Shown: positions 24,301-37,829 of the stretch, in pieces
Numbering within the stretch: the first letter of the stretch is position 1
How the letters are laid out: each line of letters begins with the position of its first letter
Assembly: GCA_964187785.1 (NCBI GenBank)
Contig: OZ076409.1
Span: 25,980,001 to 26,044,000 of the forward strand
Length of the DNA: 64,000 nt
Source of the DNA: Amphiscolops sp. MND2022
Lineage: Eukaryota
Direction of reading: 5' to 3'
Made by a program: the position numbers and the translations under genes
Notes under the pieces: generated by a model
Told to the model about the DNA's origin: nothing
Databases searched by the model: none
What the model saw: only the letters and a program-made list of their open reading frames with translations

Positions 24301-27300
24301 GAGGTTAGGGAAGAAACGTTTATTCGACTGGATACTAAAATACCATTTCAGGGACTTAAGGGCGATGACTTCAAGGGCCATTTTGCTCATTCCTCGTCTG
24401 TTTTGGATGTTCACTGATGGTAATAAATAAAGCCTAGTGTATTTTTTATATAATGTAACGTTTATGACATCCAAAAAAATAACTTTTTCATCATGCTTTA
24501 TAAAAGAAAAACTAAATGTTCCAGTCAGGAGAGAGGATGAGCTAAGTTAGTTCATTCAATGTTCCGTATTTCGGTATTTCCGTTTTTCGTATTTTTTGTC
24601 ATTCTGGGACATGCTATAACAGTGAGATCAATACGTTTCTGTTGATTCATTTTGGTAAAGTACACTCTCCATGCGACGTTCTGCGGCATTGTGAGACCAA
24701 AAATTGTATCGAGAACGTGTATTTTCTGTCATTTCTATCTCTGAATGTTGACTGACGTTTTAGTGAACAACTCAGATCTCAGAGAGAAGCTAAGCGGCAG
24801 CAACAAGCAGCAGCCTCTGCGAACATGGGCGGAGACAACGAGAAGACGATATCTAACTCCCCCGACAAAATGGGGCTGCAAAATTCATCGGCTGCCTCTG
24901 GCGAAAAGAAAGATAGTCATCGAAACAGTGTCGCACAAATTAAAGTAAGTTTGACCCTCTAACTTTTCTTCCAGTTGCTTTTTGCCCCAAAACTGTTCAA
25001 AACTCTCGTTGCAACTTTGTGCGACTAACATTCTTGGACGCTGTTGGAACCGCTGTTAAAAAGAAGTTGGCTTCTACGAAAAGCTTTCTTGGTTAGGTAA
25101 CTCTCTTTCTTCAGTTTTCCCCGAAATATTTTTCAATGCAAGTGTTGCGTTATAGTCTTTATTCCCCCGTGGGTCTTTCAACGAGATCTACCGCAATTCG
25201 TCCCTTGTTGTAAGTATTTCACTGTTACACTCCACCTTTGTTATCGAAAAACACATTGCCCCATCTTGCCAAATTCAGCAACAAAGTGGATGTTTTTTTT
25301 AAATTAGCTGGTACCAGTCAAAATATTAACGAGACAACCTCATGCACATTGATATATCAGTCTGATTTAACTATCGATTTGTTGATTTTGACTATCGGCC
25401 AATCAAAAGAATGGTTCTATTGACTAGTTTATTCGATTATTCGACTAGTTCACACGAAATGAATTATACATTTCTATCAATGCGTGCTTTTAATTGAAAG
25501 TTTTTTTCGCAATGCCAGAAGTTATAAAAACGAAGCATTCTCAAATAGAATCTGGGCCAAATGTTTCGCCTGACTAAAAAACATTAACACTATGAGGCTA
25601 CAAAAAAGCTTGCTCATGGATATTTTTTTTTCAGGATTGCTTTCTTCGGTAATTTTTCAGGATGATTTTCAGCGCAAAGCATCATTTTATTTCGGCCAAC
25701 TGAATTGAAAAGTTTGCAGAATATGCTGAATTTTCAAAAAAAAGTTTCGCACTGCTGGCAAAAATGAATTTTCGATCTCGCATAGATAATGTATAGCATG
25801 TGTCCAAGAATTGTAGCAATTACGCGACTGCTCTTATAAAATACTTGGAAAGATTTTGAACCAAGAACTCATCTATCTAGCGACCCTGAAAACAGCATCG
25901 GTACTGTAACCTTACTAAAGTGCACGCAGAGCAATCAAGTCACTGAGCAATCAGAATACCAGCAAAGGCACTCAATTGTTGCCTTTTAGGAACAATTAAT
26001 GTGCCATCTACAAATTTTTCCCGCCTGAATTTTTGTAGAGGAAACAGAGTCGCTTTTCATGGATTTCTCACCCTCTTGTCAATAAGTTGGTGTGTTTTGA
26101 AATGGCTTTAATTTTTTTGGAGTTTGTTGCAAATTTGGCAAAATGGCTGCAGAATGTTTATACACACACTTACCACATAGAACATGGTAGTCATCTCCAA
26201 ATAACCACAAGCAGCTTTAGAATGAATGTATCCATGTGTGTTTGTGCTTGTGCTTGTTCAGTCACTTACCAACTTGAAATACGGCACATTTCCCAGCTGC
26301 CTATCTATTCAACGTCTTTGTTGTCATTCATACCAAAAAGGTACTATTTTTGGACTTGCATGAACAGAAATACGTTTTCGCTTCGCCTTGGACATTAATA
26401 CGTTTTTGCTTCGCTTTCTACACTTCAAGTAACCTGCCTCAAGATTTGCGAAATCTTTTAGGGTTATAATATTCAAATAGAAAATACATATAGAAAATAT
26501 GTATTTGTTTTCTATTTTTATTTCTGCTTTAGCAGGAATATTATTGAAATCCCAAACCGTCTACTTTTTTTGTTCAGTACAATTCTTGTCGTGATACTGA
26601 ATAATTCAGATATTTTGTTCGGCAGTGCTGTAAGCGTGGGAATTAAATTTCTCAAGCTGCCGACGACATTTCAATTCTAGTGCGATGGACCTAGCGAGTG
26701 GTAATTATCCATTCGTATGCTGACGTCATTGAGATGAAGCGAGCGAATGTTCGTAATCGTGCTTTCGTTGCCCCGAGTTATTGAGATGAAGCGAATGAGA
26801 GTTAATTATTCGTTCGCGGAGAGCTTCGCCTGCATTCAAATGCGAATGCGAAACTTCGTCTACGCTTAGTAGTTATATTTGCTTTAGTCTGAGATTTAAA
26901 GGCGGTGTAAACTTGTACAGTGATTAATTGTGCGCTAAATAATGATTAAACAGGAGTGTATTGGTATTCTAGATATGATTCTTTTATTAATGAAAGATTA
27001 AAGCAGAAATAGTACTGAGCCCCGGAGGGGCCTATTTTAAATATACGATCTCTAAGGTTTAGGCACAATTGAACATGCCAGCTACAAACATTAAGATGTA
27101 GTCCCTAATATTTTTTCCAGGAAGGAAAATTCATCCAAATGAATGGTATGAAATAGAGACATCAGATTTATTTCAAAATTTTGAAACATTCAATTTGGAC
27201 ACGAGATGAGCCCTCGTGCGAAGTTAACCAGTTTTTCGAGTCCAATGAGGGCTACTTATATGAAATTTTATGAGAAAAACTGTACAACTTAGTGGGAACT

Positions 27301-30300
27301 TTCGATTTACCATTTTCAGAACGTAGTTTTTAACCGTGCGTGAAAGTGTTCTTGTATATCATTTGTAGTTCAAGCAAATATTAATATTCTTTATGCAAAA
27401 ATTTGTCCGAACAGAGCTCAGATTTGCGATGTCACACGGATGGGAGGTCAAACATTTTGAACCAGTTGTAGCATACTCTAATAGTCATTTTCAATTGATC
27501 TCCTCTTTGATACCGTTCTCCAGTACAGCGATGAATATAGGCCACATTGTGTTCTGCGAGCTTCGTAACTCAAAGAATTGCTAGCATCTGAAAGAATATT
27601 AACCGGTAAGTTCGCTCTCGTTGATACATTGACTGCTTGCAATAGTAATGTACCTTTCTATCACAGAAAATGAACATTTCAATTTTTCATTGCTGATTTC
27701 ATCGCGACCAGTACTTTTTAGTCGGCGTTTTAGAAGAAAAAGCGCGACTCTTACAGTGGCTCGTTTTTTTCGTCACTTCAACGCGATCGGTCCAGTTTTG
27801 TGCATTATGCACTTTTACCATAAGTACTTAGCATTTCATTTTGACGGCATCCAAAGCCGCTAACATGAAATAAAAAACCATTCCAAAGCAGAAGGGCCCT
27901 TTTCCACTTTTTTCGACACTATGAGACTTCCCCTCTTTTTTCGGCTTTGTGAGACTTTTTTCGAAAATTTTTCGATGTCTCCAAAGGGTCTCCTTAGTTT
28001 TTTTTCATAATTGGCAGCAGAATGGATGTTAAAAAAACCCCAAAAGATCCCCCTTTCAAATTTTTCGGCACTATGAGAGCGTTCAATTTTCTCACTTTTT
28101 ATTTCATTCGAAAATTTCAACTAGGTCTTCAGCGTAATAGCTTGAGATCAAGAATTGCTTTATATTATTGTGAGGGTGTCCAGAAGAACGCCCAAGTAAA
28201 AACATAACGAAATGCAGAAGCGAAACGGAGCGACGTGCCATTACTCATCCAGCGGCTGGTTTTGACGAAGACCGACCTTGAGAAGGAAGGCCGAGTCATA
28301 CAGCCAATATAAAAGTTATGGTTGATATGGGCCTTTTTCTCCGTGTGTTTCTTTCTTTGGACGTTTTTTCCTTGGGCGTTTTTCCTATAACCGGTTTTTA
28401 GCACCTGTTGTGTTGTATGTTGCGTCAAAAAATTCGGTTTGTAATGCGGAGCGTTGCAAAATTCGGGTCAATTCTCGTGTAGTAAATTAGTGAAAGGTGA
28501 AAGAAGCATCTTTTGATTTTTGATAAAGTGGTTTTCAGTTTTGATCTGTTAATAGAAGGTGTTTTGAGCCCTTAAGACGACTAAATAGTTCGTCTTACTG
28601 GAACGAAAATAGCGTTTCACAATGAAAATGACGAAGAACTTCTGTGAGAATCGTTGAGACTTTAAGCAAGTCTCTGTAATACTAGCGTTCGGGGCTTAAT
28701 AATGTTTAATCCGCTTAGTTAGTATCGCTAGGGACCGAATGAAATTGTGCGAATAATGAGAAATACGAATTAACCGGATAAAATTACGTTGGTAGTCGAG
28801 AAATGTGGGTCATACATACGAGTTAAACGAAGATCCGAATACGATTTAACCGGAGTTGAAGGTATTGCTCGATCAATTGATTTCGAAGATAGTTCTAAAA
28901 TCTATGCCGGAATGAATTTTGAAAAGATTTTGATACCTACTAGTGCCTTGTGGCAGTTCAAAGTTACAAAGTCTTGTTATCTTCCTTTTTCGTAAGAAAA
29001 AAACTTTCCCTTAAGTCTTTTTTCATCGAAGTTTGCTTTATAGTACTGACGAAAAATTGCTGTTCAATCTTATTAGTATTTTTTATTCCTTTCAACTGAG
29101 CAGAAATTTAATTCTGATATTTGAACATTTTTTATCCATAAAAACTAGTTTTTGTCATTGTTAAACCTTAAAGTGGTTGTAGCGATGCGTTATTGGATCA
29201 GTGCGACCGTTATCACCAGAAAAATTGTTCTAGAATTTCGTTTATCATGTTGAAGACGTACAGACGTATCATGTTGTAGTTCAATAATTCGCATGAAGTA
29301 TCATTTTAATTTATTTGTTCGTAATTTATTCTGACGGTTTCATACTTTCTATCAAAACGCAAATGCAATATTTGCTGCCAATTTTTGCAGCGCAGATTTT
29401 GAAACCATATGGCGTGTTTGTTTACGTGTCATTTATTGTCTATCATCACGAATCAAAGAAAAAAAGCAATAGTCCCTTTAGTATTGAGAGTGTCCCGTGC
29501 CCGTAATAGCAACAATGTTCATATCGAATTGTTTCACTAACGAAGCAACCAATAACACCATGTATGCGTAGTGATTTGCGATCTGTGTTTTAGTGTTTAA
29601 GTACCATTCCTTTTAAAAGTTTTTTCTATTTTATTTTTCTCCTGCTTAAGTTTTGATCCAGAACCAAATATGCGATGATTGATTTTGGAAAATATCCAGA
29701 TATGGATAATTGCCAAAATATTTTCCATATATGTTAACCAAGTTTCGAACTAAAATTGGAAATAAGTTTTCGGACGATTTTGGATGATTTATTTTTTTAA
29801 ATAAAAAAGACCCCGGTTGGGTTTTTCTGGCAATGTAAACTTTTTTTAAAAAAATTTTTTTGTATTCTTTTGGTTTGAGGGAAAAGGTTTTTTGCGTCCA
29901 AAGGGACCCCTTTTTAGATATTTATCGGTATCGTGAGATTTTTCTGAATTTTCATGAAAACAGTTTTTCAACGTATATAAAAGACTTGACGCTTTTTGAG
30001 CCTTAACCGGAGCGCCGACTTTAGGCGTTTCCGTCTTGTTAATGCGTTAATCAATTGTAATTTTTGTCATTTTCCATCTTAGCGGCATAAATATTTAGGT
30101 GTAACATCTACCGTGTGAATCCAATCGTAATATAGATGCTAAAAGAATCCAAAGTCTACACATTTTACTTTTTTTGGCACTCTAACGCTTTTATGCTTAT
30201 CGCCAATTTGTTGTTAAACTGACCTATGTACCTAACAGTGGCCGTTCAAAATCGACTAAGTTTTTTGCTCGTTTGTCATTTAATTTGCGGAAAATATACA

Positions 30301-30747
30301 TGTGTTAACCGAGCACCCTATTAAGTTTTCATTCGATACGTGCCATAAAGTTTTCTTAAAAACTGAATTTGCCAAAAACTGTTTCAGAAGAAAACGACCC
30401 GCAACAAAAGTGAGTTACAGCCGTTCATTGGGTCCAAATATGCCTCAAGCAACATTGCTGGCAACTACCAACCGAACAACAAGGGTAAACTCAGCCACAG
30501 TTTCCTCTCCCACTCATTCCACTCGCCCCTACAAGCGCCTCCTTTCTCCACCAAACAGACTGCTTCCATGGCCGCCCCTCCTTCCATCCTCTCTGGGAGC
30601 CAAGGAGCAGCCGCCACCGGATACCAGCTACCATATTTGGTCAACCAGAACAACAATTATCACGTGTCATACCAGAGGTACCAGAGCGACCTGAAAAAGA
30701 AAACGACCACTCTTCCCCAGTCAAATCTGCCCAAGATTGAAGGCTGA
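12233..30747 (+). CDS. MOK: MAPK/MAK/MRK overlapping kinase (MOK/RAGE)-like CMGC kinase, 10 coding exons, ~505 aa
   Basis: Manual splicing with GT-AG junctions keeps one frame. Exons: 12233-12344, 13014-13128, 13684-13773, 13875-13945, 15934-16012, 22744-22878, 23848-23940, 24022-24303, 24764-24944, 30388-30747 (1518 nt). Motifs [77 protein letters not shown] are diagnostic of MOK. First and last two exons are less certain. Confidence 0.88.
12594..12773. mobile_element. Tc1/mariner/pogo-type MITE in MOK intron 1
   Basis: TIRs cagtcggacctctctttaacg / cgttatagtgagctccgactg, flanked by TA on both sides. Confidence 0.75.
13014..13128 (+). CDS. MOK: MOK exon (Gly-rich loop, catalytic Lys)
   Basis: [37 protein letters not shown], flanked by tag / gttag. 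Confidence 0.92.
13166..13423. repeat. 258-bp perfect spacer-less palindrome in MOK intron 2
   Basis: Arms are exact reverse complements about the centre gtc|gac (13294/13295). Confidence 0.95.
13684..13773 (+). CDS. MOK: MOK exon (alphaC helix)
   Basis: MYQCNKIREVQAMRKLSSHANIVKLREMI, flanked by cag / gtgagt. Confidence 0.9.
13875..13945 (+). CDS. MOK: MOK exon (hinge)
   Basis: [23 protein letters not shown], flanked by cag / gtaat. Confidence 0.92.
15934..16012 (+). CDS. MOK: MOK exon
   Basis: GKRNYLPESRIRFYMLQLVDAVRHMH, flanked by cag / gtaag. Confidence 0.9.
18432..19156 (+). mobile_element. Helentron/DINE-1-like non-autonomous element
   Basis: Starts aacaagccgggaacggccaaagtcggcgc; ends agtcgggcacattttctactaaaatgcgccgactaaaaa (subterminal IR and hairpin); internal GGGGGACCCTTT repeats. 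Confidence 0.7.
19609..20155 (+). mobile_element. Helentron/DINE-1-like non-autonomous element
   Basis: Same termini as 18432-19156. Confidence 0.7.
20475..21320. mobile_element. MITE with TACCCAGT..ACTGGGTA ends and CTTG/CAAG-rich interior, containing a Helentron-like fragment at ~20630-20830
   Basis: Terminal inverted repeats with TA ends. Confidence 0.55.
21745..21940. mobile_element. Small MULE-like MITE (AAGTTAGCC repeats)
   Basis: 9-bp TSD acataatag at 21736-21744 and 21941-21949; inverted AAGTT(A/C)GCC / GGCTAACTT arrays. Confidence 0.75.
22744..22878 (+). CDS. MOK: MOK exon (HRD, DFG, TEY activation loop)
   Basis: [45 protein letters not shown]. Confidence 0.94.
23848..23940 (+). 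CDS. MOK: MOK exon (APE)
   Basis: [30 protein letters not shown]. Confidence 0.94.
24022..24303 (+). CDS. MOK: MOK exon (kinase C-lobe end)
   Basis: [24 protein letters not shown]...MLEYDPAKRITMEECLQHLYLKNL, flanked by tag / gttag. Confidence 0.92.
24764..24944 (+). CDS. MOK: MOK C-terminal tail exon (putative)
   Basis: Open in the required phase (EQLRSQREAKRQQQAAASAN...AQIK), ctgac..tttag acceptor, gtaagt donor; an alternative in-frame acceptor exists at 24776. Confidence 0.7.
27716..28140 (-). mobile_element. Partial Helentron-like element
   Basis: tttttagtcggcgtttt...gcgactcttacagtgg is the reverse complement of the family end; far boundary approximate. Confidence 0.6.
29790..30041 (-). 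mobile_element. Partial Helentron-like element (AACAAG end)
   Basis: gagccttaaccggagcgccgactttaggcgtttccgtcttgtt is the reverse complement of the family start. Confidence 0.55.
30388..30747 (+). CDS. MOK: MOK last coding exon (putative), ending ...QSNLPKIEG*
   Basis: 120 open codons in phase 0 after tttcag, coding-like composition, AATAAA at 30801-30806. Confidence 0.7.
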   Translation, partial: KKTTRNKSELQPFIGSKYASSNIAGNYQPNNKGKLSHSFLSHSFHSPLQAPPFSTKQTASMAAPPSILSGSQGAAATGYQLPYLVNQNNNYHVSYQRYQSDLKKKTTTLPQSNLPKIEG

Positions 30748-30800
30748 TTGATCATTGATAAGATTAATGATAATGATAGTGTTAATAATGACTCATACCC

Positions 30801-30806
30801 AATAAA
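30801..30806 (+). promoter_or_regulatory. Polyadenylation signal of the MOK gene
   Basis: AATAAA 53 nt after the inferred stop codon. Confidence 0.5.
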
Positions 30807-31859
30807 ATGATTATAACTTCTCCTTAAGGCTATGAATAGCATGGGAGTCATAGTCATATATATTTTCGATGCACAGAAAAGTTTCCAAATGTTGCAATTT
30901 TCCTTTTTCTATCATAGTTTATATCAATTATTGACGACATCTCAAGCAAGGCATCCATCCTACACTTAAATTCTTGCCTATTTGCTGGTTTGTTTTCAGA
31001 GTTGAAATTACCCCCAAATTGTTGTTTTCCTTTGAAAGAGGTGGTTATTAAGTCATACCGCGTAAAAAAGGGCCACCTGTTCAATTCATGCAACAAAGTT
31101 TTCGGCCAATCTGATCGAGAAGTACGAAAGATACACCTAGTTCAGGAATTTAAATCACCCATTTGACATTGAATTGTATAACCCCCTGCCCACTGTCTAG
31201 CTATTTTCAGTAGTCTAGTCGAGACTGCCACAACTTTTGATATGATGCAGTCTTGCGTACAGGGAAGTATCTATGAAAAAATGTTAACTGGCTATAAATT
31301 TGTATTACCCTGAAGATTCCACTATAGTAATTAAAATCAAAATTATCTGCCACTTCGTTACCGAAACCCATATCACGCTGTATTCACACTTTTTCCCAAC
31401 TACTAATATGATTTGATCACCGCTTCTTAAATAGCACCATGAAGATGACGCTAAATTGAAGTTTAGAACGTCATTGAGTTCACTTTCCATCAGACTGACA
31501 GTAAATTCAAGATTTTTAAAGCTACATTCAAAAATGCAACCGATGGAAAAGAAAACCTGCAAAAGTTCACATAGGGCTTCCAAGTTCATGAATCTTTTAA
31601 GCAGCTCGCTGAAAGTCAAGCCGAGTTCAAAAAAATTATTTGAGTTGAAAATTTAGGTGAACTTGAAAGATTTTTGGAAAATCAAGATAGTTAGCGAAAG
31701 TCAAAACCACGGTAACATTTCAGTTTGAACAAGATTTGTGTTTTTACCCTCATAGGGTTCATCTTTTTTCTGCCAATGACCAGGTTGAGTCACAGCGGAG
31801 TTTTAACGGCTCCAGGTGTCATGACTTTGCCCAGTCTCTCAAGAACTATCTCTTTGAAT

Positions 31860-34800
31860 TGTTCCGCCTATGGGGAAAACGTCTTGGGGAAGAAGCTGCA
31901 GGTATTTGTCAAAAGTCTTTTTTGTTTTCAAATCTGAACAATATTTGGGTTGCTACACAATTCCGATTTTCTATTTACCGCGATTAATGAATCATTGAAA
32001 AGTTAACTAACCACACTGCAACAAGTAAAAATCCTTCCAAAATGGCAATCAAATCAATAGTTTCATTGGTTGTTCATGACTTTTTGATGTATGAGTTGAT
32101 TCAATCAAATCATGAGTCATCTGAATGACACACTCCCGCCACTTCGTCTGATTGAGCAAATTCCTGTGGACAGTTTGACAGTTTAATTATCTCATCAACT
32201 TCAACGTATCAAGATTAATGTTTTCCAGTTAATCATTGTTCGTCTTTAGCAAGAATCAACACAAATTTTTGGATTGGCCTGGACAAACAAGTCTTAACTC
32301 CATTCTTTGCGACAATTTCAACTTCAACATCTCTCACTAATCCATCTCGTCCAGGATATACTTCTCGAATCCTTCCTAACTTCCATCATCCTCTTATTGT
32401 ATTTTGATCTTCCACTAACACTACATCATCCTTTTCAAAGTTCCTGTGAGTATCACGCCATTTTTTGTAGAAACACATCTGTGGCAGAAAATTTCTTTGC
32501 CATTTCTTCCAAAAGCTGTCCAAAACATTTTCGACTAGGTTCTGACGGGTCAAATTACATCCATTGTTTGTTGGAAACGGCACAGTTTGGTTTTGAGTAC
32601 GGCCGAGTAGCAGAGAATTGGGAGACAAGTAGAACCCATCATCAGGGTGAGTCGGATGTCTTCCAATGGGTCGATCATTCAGCAGGTTTGCTACCTCGAA
32701 CAAAGTTGTTTGCATTTCCATCAACGATAGGACTTGATTTCCAATAGCAAAAAACAAGCAATTTTTTACTGAGCTGATTAGCGACTCAGCGCAAGCTTGT
32801 CGCCATGGAGCACAGCCGGGTGCAAATTCCCACCGCAATCCTTTAAAGTTGAATTCTTTAATGAGGAAATCATCTTTCATAATCTTGAAGCTGCCTTGAA
32901 AAGCTTTGTTGGCCCCAACTAGTTGAGTACCTGAGTCAGAATGAATGACTTCAGGAAATCCGCGAAGTGAAACAAATCTCCTGAAGGTTTGCAGAAACTC
33001 CTTTGTCGAGTAATCCATTACTATATCCAAATGTGCTGCTCGAGAAAAAAGGCAAGTGAAAATGGCCGCATAAATTCTATAATGCGAAGTCTTTTTCAAA
33101 TTGCTCCTCACGTTGTATGGTCCCAACAATGGATTTACCCGCTCCTCAGTTGCAGAACCCATAAGTTGCGCAGCTTTCTTTGTTGTAAAGTCTACATCCA
33201 GTGCAAAACTTTAAAACAGATTTAATATTTCTTAGCAGGTTCGGTGACCAAAGTTTCGTACGAACTTTGCTTGCAGTCGCTAAAACTCCTAGGTGACCAG
33301 GTTGGTGTGCTTCTTTTATTGCCAGCTTCACCAATTTCGATGACTTTGGTAATAATGGCACAACTTCACTGATCCTCCGGCCAGCCATAATCAGCCTTTT
33401 CTCGTTTTTAAAAGCACCTAAACGTTCAAATTTTCCGCTTTCAAAACTTTGTTGAAGTTCTTTCTGCTCGTGTTTGACTATGAAATTCCATGCTTCTTCA
33501 ATTTCTCCTAGTGTCAGCATTTGAGCTAAGACTTTCAATGATCTTCGCGTTTTCAGCAATAAAATCCTTGCAATGGTTCTGATCAAAGAGTCTAAGGACT
33601 TAAATCTATCAACTTCGTAGTCGATTATTTCGCTGTGTTTTTCTTGAATTGAAAATGTCTTGCTTTTAAACACATCAAGTAAATCGCTCATAGAGTATTG
33701 CTTTTCTTGTAGTGGCCAATGCTGTTCTTCTAGCTGTAAAAAGGATGGACCGGATTGCCATTTCGACCCCAATTTAAGTTCAGCTGGTGAAGACCCTCTT
33801 GAAATGAGATCAGCTATGTTCAAGTCACCAGGTACCCAGAAGAAGTCTTTCGGGTTCTCTGTTTCTTGCATTTCACCCAAACGATGTCCTGTAAAAATAT
33901 TGAAACCGTAAGATTCCTTTTGGGTCATTGCTCGTACAATTGCTGAATCTACTAAAAACTTTACACTGTCGAAGTTCAATCGAGAATGTTCGAAGAGAAA
34001 ACTTTTGATCCTGACTGCCAATAACAGCCCGCGAAGTTCCAATCGGACATTGGAAATTTGACGTTTGAGAGCTAATCTGCTTTTAGCTAAAATTAAATTC
34101 GATACATGAGCTCCGTCCTCCACTTCCCACACAGCATAAGCACACGCACCAAAAGCTTCTTTTGATGCATCGCTAAAGACAACTAACTGAGGATTTCCCA
34201 CCGCATTTTTTGGTTTGATACAACGAGGGAAAGAGACATCTCTCATTTCAAAAAGCTCTCCAAAAATTGTAATCCATTCGGCAAGCAGCGACGGAGGAAG
34301 GCTTTGGTCCCATTCATCCGCCCTGTTGGCCTCCCAAGTTCTTCTCATAAGAACTTTTGCTTTAACTGTGAGGGGAGTTGCTAGTCCCAAAGGGTCGAAA
34401 ATCGAATTTAGTTGGCTAAGAGCTTGACGTCTTGTGAGACTCGCTGGGGGATCAGCTCTCAAATCGTTCAACTTTGTGTACTGCTTAGTAGAAACTTTTG
34501 TTTTTATAACTACTTTAGACTTAAACTCAAAAACATCTTTTTCCAAACACCAAGTCAATCCGAGTACTTTTTCGCTTTCTTCTGTATTAGCAAGGCAAAC
34601 TTCGGTTGTTTTCCCTCCTGAAAAAATCTAATTTTTTAATTTTGAAAGAACCAGCGGCAAGTATCGTCTCCAGATTAGTAGTGCGAGTTTTAGCAATATT
34701 CAAAGTTTCGACGCTATCAATTATGTCATCCGTACATGTAGACGTCTGTATAACTAATTTTTCTTCTTTATAGTCATCAGAAGCAAGTTCCGCTGTTCTC

Positions 34801-37800
34801 CTCGAAGCTAGGTGAGCAATTGTTGCTGCAGGTTCGGTCTCCAAAAGAAACCACTTGCATCATGTATTCGTCCGGTTCGTCCTTTAGACGATAATCTCGC
34901 CATAGGAATCTGTGGGTGTGCTGGTCTTCCAATGCCATTCGAATAGTGTGATACATCTTTCGAATATCACCAATGTAAGCCACATGGTTTTCACGGAACT
35001 TTACTAAGATACCCAATAAGTTTCCGAGAAGGTCTGGACCTTTCGCCCAATAGTCGTTCAGGACGTGGTTTTTGTAATTAGCAGATGCATTAAAAACAAT
35101 TCTGCAAGGCGTGGAAGCAGAATCCTGCTTCAGTACCTCATTGTGACTAATGTAATGCACCGGACCATTGTAATTCAAGTCTTCCGCATCCAATTTTTTT
35201 AGCAACACCGCGATCCAACATCTCTTGTATTTGACTTTGATAAGTTTCAGCTTGTTTCTCGTCTTTCAAAAGTCTCTTCTCTGTGTTTTGTAACTTGTGT
35301 GTGTTTTGTAGGATCTCTCGCAGTCCATACTTTATTTTCTAAAGATAATCCGTTATGAATTAGTTCCAATTCTCTTTTATCTTTGATGGAAAATTCTGAA
35401 GCTCCTAGTCCGCACTGACCGCATTTGCAATTACCACATTTTGGACTACATGAAATTCCAAGGTTTTCAATCTTGTAGAAGTCATCAACTGTAATTTTGG
35501 ATTGATTAAAATTGACTGTAGTAGACTGGATTGAGTTTGCTGTTGGATCTGTTCCCTTTACAAACTTTCCGAATGCATTTTCAAACAAGACAAAATTTCC
35601 ACAACATTTTACTGGTACAGGGTGATACTGTACAACGTTCAAACCCAAAAGTAGTGAAATAAATCCCCTTTTGTCCTGCTGATTCTGAAACTCCGTAGGA
35701 AAAATTGTTCGATGAGGTTCTGTACTGTATTCCTCAGTCGATATTTGATCAACACCATACGATTCAACGGGAACGAGATTGTCGTCTTGATCTCTTATAC
35801 TGAACATGAACAGTTTGTTTGCTTTCTTTTTGTTTGGCCGAGTGTTTCCATCACAATAGAAACAGCTTTGCCTGGAACTTCCAAGGTGTTTGCGACTGAG
35901 TTAAAAATTAAAGACACTGTAGAAGCTGAGTCCCAAAGAGAAAGAATATTCTTAGACTGGGTAGGAGTGATAATCTCTATTGACATGATTTGCAACAAAC
36001 ACGTTTCCCCTGCTATATTACACTTCGCAGAGAAACTGTTAGTCTGTTGGGTTGCTCTTTGAAAATGACTATCATGCAAGAGAGTGTGATGGTTCCTCCC
36101 GCATTCCTTTTGCTGGCATTGCTTCCTGCTTTTATATGTTCGCGATGTGTGCCCAATATTGAGACAATTAAAACACGCTCTTCTTTCTTTTACTAGATCC
36201 GATCGCTCGCGAACAGATTTGTCCATGAATAATCTGCATTCATCTGTCCGATGTTCTGATCCAGGATGCAAAAAACATTTCGGATTAGCTGGCATTGTCC
36301 ACTATCTCTTACCAGGTTCAGTCGAACATTAGCCTTTACTTCTTCTTTATTTCGTTTCAACAAATTCAAGTCATATTCAACTACCATTTTCCTCTCTAAC
36401 AAAAATTTTAGAAAACCGGGAAACTTATCGCCTTTGTCAATTGCACTATCTTTCTCGTAAATTCTTTCCATCCATTTTTTTCTCAAGTCGTCAGGCAATT
36501 TTTCTTCAATTCTTGAAATAATTGTACTGTTTTTAATTTCAGCCTCCCGCCAAGGATATTTCAATTCCATACTTGCTTTCTCTATGATGTCAATAAAAGC
36601 CAGGAGACGTCTTTCTTCGTTTTCTTTTATCGGTCGGAAATGTTTAATATCATTGAGAACAATTTCTACAATCTTGCCTTCATCGCCATACCTCTCATCT
36701 AACCGTGTCCACATTTCTTTGATATGAGACAGTTGACTCATCCACGATGACAGAAGAAACTTGTTTTTCGAAGTCTTTTTTGAACTGTGGCCAATCTCTA
36801 CAGTTACCACTAAACTTGGGAAATTTCATTTTTTCCATGTGCGTTAGCACTCGTTTTGCATCTACTGCATCTCCCCCATCGCACTCACTTTGGCACGTAA
36901 GAGAGTTCGACGCTTGGTAGAAGATAACATCAAATTTGTTAAAGATTTTTGTAAAAACATTTGAGTCCAATTCTTCTAGTTCACCCGAATCTTTCATTTC
37001 CGAAAAAGCCTCGAATAGCTCCGTAACTTCTTTAAATTGTCTTTGAAAGTCGCCTTTTACTGCTTTCAAAGTTTTATCGTTCGGCGCTGAAATGTTTTCG
37101 AAAGGTTGGCAAATGTTACTGAGTCTATTCAGTTCGATATTGTATCTGTCGTTCAATTTTCGACATCTTTCTCTAAGCTCATTCCTTTTCAAATCTTCCT
37201 CCTTTTCGGCAACTCTTTTAGCATTTTTTTTCAAAATTGGTTTTTTCTAAAGACATTGTCTTTTCCTTTAAAATCTTTTCGAATTGGCATTTTTTCGATC
37301 TTAATTCATGGAATTTGGATTCAGGTTCGTCTATCCACAAAATTTCAGCTTCATATGTATCCTCATTAACTGTTAACATGTAACGTTCATGTGCACTTTG
37401 GACATTGAACCATGTTTTTGACACATCTTGGAACATCTCTTGGTGCTCTTCAAAATCGGGATCAAAAGTTAACAAGAAGTTCTCATACCTTGTACATGCT
37501 TTATTGAAATTTCTGAGAGATAACGCCCTTGCTCTTTTTTCCATGATGCTGTGATTTGAATGTTCCGCCTATGGGGAAAACGTCTTGGGGAAGAGGCTGC
37601 AGGTATTCGTCAAAAGTCTTTTTATTTCAAATCTGAACAATATTTGGGTTGTTACACAATTCTGATTCTCTATTTACCGCGATTAATGAATCATTGAAAA
37701 GTTAACTGACCACACTGCAACAAGTAAAAATCCTTCCAAAATGGCAATCAAATCAATAGTTTCATTGGTTGTTCATGACTTTTTGATGTATGTGTTGATT

Positions 37801-37829
37801 CAATCAAATTATGAGTCATCTGAATGACA
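31860..37829 (-). mobile_element. BEL/Pao LTR retrotransposon, full-length but frameshifted
   Basis: ~270-bp TG..CA LTRs at 31860-32130 and 37561-37829; PPT ggcgggagtg; gag (KFPKFSG, CFNCLNIGH), protease (LWDSASTVS), RT (CRIVFNAS, GPDLL, GDIRKMYH), Pao RNase H (VFSDASKEAFG), integrase (HSDSGTQLVGA). Confidence 0.93.

Noticed and set aside
30302..30694. Listed 130-aa ORF as a separate gene
   Set aside because: It is an alternative frame over the MOK last exon; the phase-consistent frame is 30388-30747
36193..36300. Programmed gag-pol frameshift in the BEL element
   Set aside because: BEL/Pao elements normally have a single ORF and I saw no slippery heptamer. The shared break more likely predates the duplication.
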